Shown here piece by piece: positions 1 through 10,100 of a DNA stretch of 64,000 bases; the stretch's first letter is position 1; every line of letters starts with the position of its first letter. The position numbers and the translations under genes are program-made. The stretch covers positions 18,476,001 to 18,540,000 of the forward strand of contig OZ059900.1 in the NCBI GenBank assembly GCA_964057225.1. The letters are read 5' to 3'. Under the pieces are notes generated by a model. It was not told where the DNA came from and made no database searches. It was given only the letters and a program-made list of their open reading frames with translations. This DNA comes from Auanema rhodensis (lineage: Eukaryota > Animalia > Nematoda).

Positions 1-505
1 TCCAGCATAATAAAATATTTCTCATGGGAAATACTAAGTTTTTGTATTTTTATAGTGTTCAGCATGTAAAATGCTTCATTTTAGTATGTAACACCCTGAA
101 ATTCGTTTCATTTGACGACTCATATGAACAAAAATCGATTTAATCAATATTAGCCATAAGGGGCGTGCCCTCAGAATATGCTAATTTCCTTAATTTTCTA
201 ACCCCTGTTTTTTTGTCGTGAAAGTGGAACTAGACGTTGTAGAAACAATTTTGAGCAAGGTTTCATTGACATTGCATGAGTTTGAACACATGAAATCGTA
301 AGTCAAAACCTTGTTTACAGCGAACTTTCCAAAAACTGGTTTTCCAGCATAATAAAATATTTCTCATGGGAAATACTGTGTTTTTGTATTTTTATAGTGT
401 TCAGCATGTAAAATGCTTCATTTTAGTATGTAACACCCTGAAATTCGTTTCATTTGACGACTCATATGAACAAAAATCGATTTAATCAATATTAGCCATA
501 AGGGC
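1..505 (-). repeat. Same 342-bp satellite in inverted orientation (~1.5 monomers, runs off the left end), diverged subfamily
   Basis: 1-505 is the reverse complement of the forward monomer (tccagcataataaaatatttctcatggg = revcomp of cccatgagaaatattttattatgctgga). Period 342: tccagcataa at 1 and 343. It carries its own alleles (in forward sense: cactataaaa, aatgaaacg, tcagggtg, accttgctc, gtttctac, aaagttcg). Confidence 0.98.
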
Positions 506-536
506 TTTTCGCTGTAAAATTTCGCTGTAAACAAGG
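501..536. other. Orientation-switch (inversion) junction with a 12-bp templated duplication
   Basis: Sequence reads ...attagccataagggc|t|tttcgctgtaaa|a|tttcgctgtaaacaagg.... The inverted monomer stops at ~504-505, and tttcgctgtaaa occurs at both 507-518 and 520-531. Confidence 0.93.
520..536 (+). other. CENP-B-box-like 17-mer, once per monomer (first forward copy given); function unproven
   Basis: TTTCGCTGTAAACAAGG vs canonical CTTCGTTGGAAACGGGA: 11/17 identical and 7/9 core positions of NTTCGNNNNANNCGGGN. Two essential G positions are A. Confidence 0.3.
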
Positions 537-3500
537 TTTTGACTTACGATTTCATGTGTTCAAACTCATGCAATGTCAATGAAACCTAGCTCAAAATTGT
601 TCCTACAACGTCTAGTTCCACTTTCACGACAAAAAAACAGGGGTTAGAAAATTAAGGAAATTAGCATATTCTGAGGGCACGCCCTTTATGGCTAATATTG
701 ATTAAATCGATTTTTGTTCATATGAGTCGTCAAATGCAACGAATTTCAGCGTGTTACATACTAAAATGAAGCATTTTACATGCTGAACACTAGAAAAATA
801 CAAAAACACAGTATTTCCCATGAGAAATATTTTATTATGCTGGAAAACCAGTTTTTGGAAATTTCGCTGTAAACAAGGTTTTGACTTACGATTTCATGTG
901 TTCAAACTCATGCAATGTCAATGAAACCTAGCTCAAAATTGTTCGTACAACGTCTAGTTCCACTTCCACGACAAAAAAACAGGGGTTAGAAAATTAAGGA
1001 AATTAGCATATTCTGAGGGCACGCCCCTTATGGCTAATATTGATTAAATCGATTTTTGTTCATATGAGTCGTCAAATGCAACGAATTTCAGCGTGTTACG
1101 TACTAAAATGAAGCATTCTACATGCTGAACACTAGAAAAATACAAAAACACAGTATTTCCCATGAGAAATATTTTATTATGCTGGAAAACCAGTTTTTGG
1201 AAATTTCGCTGTAAACAAGGTTTTGACTTACGATTTCATGTGTTCAAACTCATGCAATGTCAATGAAACCTAGCTCAAAATTGTTCCTACAACGTCTAGT
1301 TCCACTTTCACGACAAAAAAACAGGGGTTAGAAAATTAAGGAAATTAGCATATTCTGAGGGCACGCCCTTTATGGCTAATATTGATTAAATCGATTTTTG
1401 TTCATATGAGTCGTCAAATGCAACGAATTTCAGCGTGTTACATACTAAAATGAAGCATTTTACATGCTGAACACTAGAAAAATACAAAAACACAGTATTT
1501 CCCATGAGAAATATTTTATTATGCTGGAAAACCAGTTTTTGGAAATTTCGCTGTAAACAAGGTTTTGACTTACGATTTCATGTGTTCAAACTCATGCAAT
1601 GTCAATGAAACCTAGCTCAAAATTGTTCGTACAACGTCTAGTTCCACTTTCACGACAAAAAAACAGGGGTTAGAAAATTAAGGAAATTAGCATATTCTGA
1701 GGGCACGCCCCTTATGGCTAATATTGATTAAATCGATTTTTGTTCATATGAGTCGTCAAATGCAACGAATTTCAGCGTGTTACATACTAAAATGAAGCAT
1801 TTTACATGCTGAACACTAGAAAAATACAAAAACACAGTATTTCCCATGAGAAATATTTTATTATGCTGGAAAACCAGTTTTTGGAAATTTCGCTGTAAAC
1901 AAGGTTTTGACTTACGATTTCATGTGTTCAAACTCATGCAATGTCAATGAAACCTAGCTCAAAATTGTTCGTACAACGACTAGTTCCACTTTCACGACAA
2001 AAAAACAGGGGTTAGAAAATTAAGGAAATTAGCATATTCTGAGGGCACGCCCCTTATGGCTAATATTGATTAAATCGATTTTTGTTCATATGAGTCGTCA
2101 AATGCAACGAATTTCAGCGTGTTACATACTAAAATGAAGCATTTTACATGCTGAACACTAGAAAAATACAAAAACACAGTAATACCCATGAGAAATATTT
2201 TATTATGCTGGAAAACCAGTTTTTGGAAATTTCGCTGTAAACAAGGTTTTGACTTACGATTTCATGTGTTCAAACTCATGCAATGTCAATGAAACCTAGC
2301 TCAAAATTGTTCCTACAACGTCTAGTTCCACTTTCACGACAAAAAAACAGGGGTTAGAAAATTAAGGAAATTAGCATATTCTGAGGGCACGACCTTTATG
2401 GCTAATATTGATTAAATCGATTTTTGTTCATATGAGTCGTCAAATGCAACGAATTTCAGCGTGTTACATACTAAAATGAAGCATTTTACATGCTGAACAC
2501 TAGAAAAATACAAAAACACAGTATTTCCCATGAGAAATATTTTATTATGCTGGAAAACCAGTTTTTGGAAATTTCGCTGTAAACAAGGTTTTGACTTACG
2601 ATTTCATGTGTTCAAACTCATGCAATATCAATGAAACCTAGCTCAAAATTGTTCGTACAACGTCTAGTTCCACTTTCACGACAAAAAAACAGGGGTTAGA
2701 AAATTAAGGAAATTAGCATATTCTGAGGGCACGCCCCTTATGGCTAATATTGATTAAATCGATTTTTGTTCATATGAGTCGTCAAATGCAACGAATTTCA
2801 GCGTGTTACATACTAAAATGAAGCATTTTACATGCTGAACACTAGAAAAATACAAAAACACAGTATTTCCCATGAGAAATATTTTATTATGCTGGAAAAC
2901 CAGTTTTTGGAAATTTCGCTGTAAACAAGGTTTTGACTTACGATTTCATGTGTTCAAACTCATGCAATGTCAATGAAACCTAGCTCAAAATTGTTCGTAC
3001 AACGACTAGTTCCACTTTCACGACAAAAAAACAGGGGTTAGAAAATTAAGGAAATTAGCATATTCTGAGGGCACGCCCCTTATGGCTAATATTGATTAAA
3101 TCGATTTTTGTTCATATGAGTCGTCAAATGCAACGAATTTCAGCGTGTTACATACTAAAATGAAGCATTTTACATGCTGAACACTAGAAAAATACAAAAA
3201 CACAGTAATACCCATGAGAAATATTTTATTATGCTGGAAAACCAGTTTTTGGAAATTTCGCTGTAAACAAGGTTTTGACTTACGATTTCATGTGTTCAAA
3301 CTCATGCAATGTCAATGAAACCTAGCTCAAAATTGTTAATACAATGTCTAGTTCCACTTTCACGACAAAAAAACAGGGGTTAGAAAATTAAGGAAATTAG
3401 CATATTCTGAGGGCACGCCCTTTATGGCTAATATTGATTAAATCGATTTTTGTTCATATGAGTCGTCAAATGCAACGAATTTCAGCGTGTTACATACTAA

Positions 3501-6500
3501 AATGAAGCATTTTACATGCTGAACACTAGAAAAATACAAAAACACAGTATTTCCCATGAGAAATATTTTATTATGCTGGAAAACCAGTTTTTGGAAATTT
3601 CGCTGTAAACAAGGTTTTGACTTACGATTTCATGTGTTCAAACTCATGCAATGTCAATGAAACCTAGCTCAAAATTGTTCGTACAACGTCTAGTTCCACT
3701 TTCACGACAAAAAAACAGGGGTTAGAAAATTAAGGAAATTAGCATATTCTGAGGGCACGCCCCTTATGGCTAATATTGATTAAATCGATTTTTGTTCATA
3801 TGAGTCGTCAAATACAACGAATTTCAGCGTGTTACGTACTAAAATGAAGCATTTTACATGCTGAACACTAGAAAAATACAAAAACACAGTATTTCCCATG
3901 AGAAATATTTTATTATGCTGGAAAACCAGTTTTTGGAAATTTCGCTGTAAACAAGGTTTTGACTTACGATTTCATGTGTTCAAACTCATGCAATGTCAAT
4001 GAAACCTAGCTCAAAATTGTTCCTACAACGTCTAGTTCCACTTTCACGACAAAAAAACAGGGGTTAGAAAATTAAGGAAATTAGCATATTCTGAGGGCAC
4101 GCCCTTTATGGCTAATATTGATTAAATCGATTTTTGTTCATATGAGTCGTCAAATGCAACGAATTTCAGCGTGTTACATACTAAAATGAAGCATTTTACA
4201 TGCTGAACACTAGAAAAATACAAAAACACAGTATTTCCCATGAGAAATATTTTATTATGCTGGAAAACCAGTTTTTGGAAATTTCGCTGTAAACAAGGTT
4301 TTGACTTACGATTTCATGTGTTCAAACTCATGCAATGTCAATGAAACCTAGCTCAAAATTGTTCGTACAACGTCTAGTTCCACTTTCACGACAAAAAAAC
4401 AGGGGTTAGAAAATTAAGGAAATTAGCATATTCTGAGGGCACGCCCCTTATGGCTAATATTGATTAAATCGATTTTTGTTCATATGAGTCGTCAAATGCA
4501 ACGAATTTCAGCGTGTTACATACTAAAATGAAGCATTTTACATGCTGAACACTAGAAAAATACAAAAACACAGTATTTCCCATGAGAATAATTTTATTAT
4601 GCTGGAAAACCAGTTTTTGGAAATTTCGCTGTAAACAAGGTTTTGACTTACGATTTCATGTGTTCAAACTCATGCAATGTCAATGAAACCTAGCTCAAAA
4701 TTGTTCGTACAACGTCTAGTTCCACTTTCACGACAAAAAAACAGGGGTTAGAAAATTAAGGAAATTAGCATATTCTGAGGGCACGCCCCTTATGGCTAAT
4801 ATTGATTAAATCGATTTTTGTTCATATGAGTCGTCAAATGCAACGAATTTCAGCGTGTTACATACTAAAATGAAGCATTTTACATGCTGAACACTAGAAA
4901 AATACAAAAACACAGTATTTCCCATGAGAAATATTTTATTATGCTGGAAAACCAGTTTTTGGAAATTTCGCTGTAAACAAGGTTTTGACTTACGATTTCA
5001 TGTGTTCAAACTCATGCAATGTCAATGAAACCTAGCTCAAAATTGTTCGTACAACGACTAGTTCCACTTTCACGACAAAAAAACAGGGGTTAGAAAATTA
5101 AGGAAATTAGCATATTCTGAGGGCACGCCCCTTATGGCTAATATTGATTAAATCGATTTTTGTTCATATGAGTCGTCAAATGCAACGAATTTCAGCGTGT
5201 TACATACTAAAATGAAGCATTTTACATGCTGAACACTAGAAAAATACAAAAACACAGTATTTCCCATGAGAAATATTTTATTATGCTGGAAAACCAGTTT
5301 TTGGAAATTTCGCTGTAAACAAAGTTTTGACTTACGATTTCATGTGTTCAAACTCATGCAATGTCAATGAAACCTAGCTCAAAATTGTTCGTACAACGTC
5401 TAGTTCCACTTTCACGACAAAAAAACAGGGGTTAGAAAATTAAGGAAATTAGCATATTCTGAGGGCACGCCCCTTATGGCTAATATTGATTAAATCGATT
5501 TTTGTTCATATGAGTCGTCAAATGCAACGAATTTCAGCGTGTTACATACTAAAATGAAGCATTTTACATGCTGAACACTAGAAAAATACAAAAACACAGT
5601 ATTTCCCATGAGAAATATTTTATTATGCTGGAAAACCAGTTTTTGGAAATTTCGCTGTAAACAAGGTTTTGACTTACGATTTCATGTGTTCAAACTCATG
5701 CAATGTCAATGAAACCTAGCTCAAAATTGTTCGTACAACGACTAGTTCCACTTTCACGACAAAAAAACAGGGGTTAGAAAATTAAGGAAATTAGCATATT
5801 CTGAGGGCACGCCCCTTATGGCTAATATTGATTAAATCGATTTTTGTTCATATGAGTCGTCAAATGCAACGAATTTCAGCGTGTTACATACTAAAATGAA
5901 GCATTTTACATGCTGAACACTAGAAAAATACAAAAACACAGTATTTCCCATGAGAAATATTTTATTATGCTGGAAAACCAGTTTTTGAAAATTTCGCTGT
6001 AAACAAGGTTTTGACTTACGATTTCATGTGTTCAAACTCATGCAATGTCAATGAAACCTAGCTCAAAATTGTTCCTACAACGTCTAGTTCCACTTTCACG
6101 ACAAAAAAACAGGGGTTAGAAAATTAAGGAAATTAGCATATTCTGAGGGCACGCCCTTTATGGCTAATATTGATTAAATCGATTTTTGTTCATATGAGTC
6201 GTCAAATGCAACGAATTTCAGCGTGTTACATACTAAAATGAAGCATTTTACATGCTGAACACTAGAAAAATACAAAAACACAGTATTTCCCATGAGAAAT
6301 ATTTTATTATGCTGGAAAACCAGTTTTTGGAAATTTCGCTGTAAACAAGGTTTTGACTTACGATTTCATGTGTTCAAACTCATGCAATGTCAATGAAACC
6401 TAGCTCAAAATTGTTCGTACAACGACTAGTTCCACTTTCACGACAAAAAAACAGGGGTTAGAAAATTAAGGAAATTAGCATATTCTGAGGGCACGCCCCT

Positions 6501-7119
6501 TATGGCTAATATTGATTAAATCGATTTTTGTTCATATGAGTCGTCAAATGCAACGAATTTCAGCGTGTTACATACTAAAATGAAGCATTTTACATGCTGA
6601 ACACTAGAAAAATACAAAAACACAGTATTTCCCATGAGAAATATTTTATTATGCTGGAAAACCAGTTTTTGGAAATTTCGCTGTAAACAAGGTTTTGACT
6701 TACGATTTCATGTGTTCAAACTCATGCAATGTCAATGAAACCTAGCTCAAAATTGTTCCTACAACGTCTAGTTCCACTTTCACGACAAAAAAACAGGGGT
6801 TAGAAAATTAAGGAAATTAGCATATTCTGAGGGCACGCCCTTTATGGCTAATATTGATTAAATCGATTTTTGTTCATATGAGTCGTCAAATGCAACGAAT
6901 TTCAGCGTGTTACATACTAAAATGAAGCATTTCACATGCTGAACACTAGAAAAATACAAAAACACAGTATTTCCCATGAGAAATATTTTATTATGCTGGA
7001 AAACCAGTTTTTGGAAATTTCGCTGTAAACAAGGTTTTGACTTACGATTTCATGTGTTCAAACTCATGCAATGTCAATGAAACCTAGCTCAAAATTGTTC
7101 GTACAACGTCTGGTTCCAC

Positions 7120-10100
7120 TTTCACGACAAAAAAACAGGGGTTAGAAAATTAAGGAAATTAGCATATTCTGAGGGCACGCCCCTTATGGCTAATATTGAT
7201 TAAATCGATTTTTGTTCATATGAGTCGTCAAATGCAACGAATTTCAGCGTGTTACATACTAAAATGAAGCATTTTACATGCTGAACACTAGAAAAGTACA
7301 AAAACACAGTATTTCCCATGAGAAATATTTTATTATGCTGGAAAACCAGTTTTTGGAAATTTCGCTGTAAACAAGGTTTTGACTTACGATTTCATGTGTT
7401 CAAACTCATGCAATGTCAATGAAACCTAGCTCAAAATTGTTCGTACAACGTCTAGTTCCACTTTCACGACAAAAAAACAGGGGTTAGAAAATTAAGGAAA
7501 TTAGCATATTCTGAGGGCACGCCCCCTTATGGCTAATATTGATTAAATCGATTTTTGTTCATATGAGTCGTCAAATGCAACGAATTTCAGCGTGTTACAT
7601 ACTAAAATGAAGCATTTTACATGCTGAACACTAGAAAAATACAAAAACACAGTAATACCCATGAGAAATATTTTATTATGCTGGAAAACCAGTTTTTGGA
7701 AATTTCGCTGTAAACAAGGTTTTGACTTACGATTTCATGTGTTTAAACTCATGCAATGTCAATGAAACCTAGCTCAAAATTGTTAATACAATGTCTAGTT
7801 CCACTTTCACGACAAAAAAACAGGGGTTAGAAAATTAAGGAAATTAGCATATTCTGAGGGCACGCCCTTTATGGCTAATATTGATTAAATCGATTTTTGT
7901 TCATATGAGTCGTCAAATGCAACGAATTTCAGCGTGTTACATACTAAAATGAAGCATTTTACATGCTGAACACTAGAAAAATACAAAAACACAGTATTTC
8001 CCATGAGAAATATTTTATTATGCTGGAAAACCAGTTTTTGGAAATTTCGCTGTAAACAAGGTTTTGACTTACGATTTCATGTGTTCAAACTCATGCAATG
8101 TCAATGAAACCTAGCTCAAAATTGTTCGTACAACGTCTAGTTCCACTTTCACGACAAAAAAACAGGGGTTAGAAAATTAAGGAAATTAGCATATTCTGAG
8201 GGCACGCCCCCTTATGGCTAATATTGATTAAATCGATTTTTGTTCATATGAGTCGTCAAATGCAACGAATTTCAGCGTGTTACATACTAAAATGAAGCAT
8301 TTTACATGCTGAACACTAGAAAAATACAAAAACACAGTAATACCCATGAGAAATATTTTATTATGCTGGAAAACCAGTTTTTGGAAATTTCGCTGTAAAC
8401 AAGGTTTTGACTTACGATTTCATGTGTTTAAACTCATGCAATGTCAATGAAACCTAGCTCAAAATTGTTAATACAATGTCTAGTTCCACTTTCACGACAA
8501 AAAAACAGGGGTTAGAAAATTAAGGAAATTAGCATATTCTGAGGGCACGCCCTTTATGGCTAATATTGATTAAATCGATTTTTGTTCATATGAGTCGTCA
8601 AATGCAACGAATTTCAGCGTGTTACATACTAAAATGAAGCATTTTACATGCTGAACACTAGAAAAATACAAAAACACAGTATTTCCCATGAGAAATATTT
8701 TATTATGCTGGAAAACCAGTTTTTGGAAATTTCGCTGTAAACAAGGTTTTGACTTACGATTTCATGTGTTCAAACTCATGCAATGTCAATGAAACCTAGC
8801 TCAAAATTGTTCGTACAACGTCTAGTTCCACTTTCACGACAAAAAAACAGGGGTTAGAAAATTAAGGAAATTAGCATATTCTGAGGGCACGCCCCCTTAT
8901 GGCTAATATTGATTAAATCGATTTTTGTTCATATGAGTCGTCAAATGCAACGAATTTCAGCGTGTTACATACTAAAATGAAGCATTTTACATGCTGAACA
9001 CTAGAAAAATACAAAAACACAGTAATACCCATGAGAAATATTTTATTATGCTGGAAAACCAGTTTTTGGAAATTTCGCTGTAAACAAGGTTTTGACTTAC
9101 GATTTCATGTGTTTAAACTCATGCAATGTCAATGAAACCTAGCTCAAAATTGTTAATACAATGTCTAGTTCCACTTTCACGACAAAAAAACAGGGGTTAG
9201 AAAATTAAGGAAATTAGCATATTCTGAGGGCACGCCCTTTATGGCTAATATTGATTAAATCGATTTTTGTTCATATGAGTCGTCAAATGCAACGAATTTC
9301 AGCGTGTTACATACTAAAATGAAGCATTTTACATGCTGAACACTAGAAAAATACAAAAACACAGTATTTCCCATGAGAAATATTTTATTATGCTGGAAAA
9401 CCAGTTTTTGGAAATTTCGCTGTAAACAAGGTTTTGACTTACGATTTCATGTGTTCAAACTCATGCAATGTCAATGAAACCTAGCTCAAAATTGTTCGTA
9501 CAACGTCTAGTTCCACTTTCACGACTAAAAAACAGGGGTTAGAAAATTAAGGAAATTAGCATATTCTGAGGGCACGCCCCTTATGGCTAATATTGATTAA
9601 ATCGATTTTTGTTCATATGAGTCGTCAAATGCAAAGAATTTCAGCGTGTTACATACTAAAATGAAGCATTTTACATGCTGAACACTAGAAAAATACAAAA
9701 ACACAGTATTTCCCATGAGAAATATTTTATTATGCTGGAAAACCAGTTTTTGGAAATTTCGCTGTAAACAAGGTTTTGACTTACGATTTCATGTGTTCAA
9801 ACTCATGCAATGTCAATGAAACCCAGCTCAAAATTGTTCGTACAACGTCTAGTTCCACTTTCACGACAAAAAAACAGGGGTTAGAAAATTAAGGAAATTA
9901 GCATATTCTGAGGGCACGCCCCTTATGGCTAATATTGATTAAATCGATTTTTGTTCATATGAGTCGTCAAATGCAACGAATTTCAGCGTGTTACATACTA
10001 AAATGAAGCATTTTACATGCTGAACACTAGAAAAATACAAAAACACAGTATTTCCCATGAGAAATATTTTATTATGCTGGAAAACCAGTTTTTGGAAATT

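Noticed and set aside
636-660. Telomere-like ggggttag / ttaagg in each monomer
   Set aside because: Single isolated degenerate match, not tandem TTAGG or TTAGGG; expected by chance.
517-858. Tandem RNA-gene array (5S rRNA, tRNA, snRNA, spliced leader)
   Set aside because: I recognise no 5S, tRNA cloverleaf or pol III A/B-box pattern, and the unit is uniformly AT-rich. An Rfam/Infernal search would settle it.
1-1100. Transposon or MITE terminal inverted repeats, or a fold-back read artefact, at the orientation switch
   Set aside because: The inverted arms are whole satellite monomers with no TIR/TSD-bounded element or transposase. The arms differ by several subfamily alleles and break at different monomer positions, unlike a simple fold-back.
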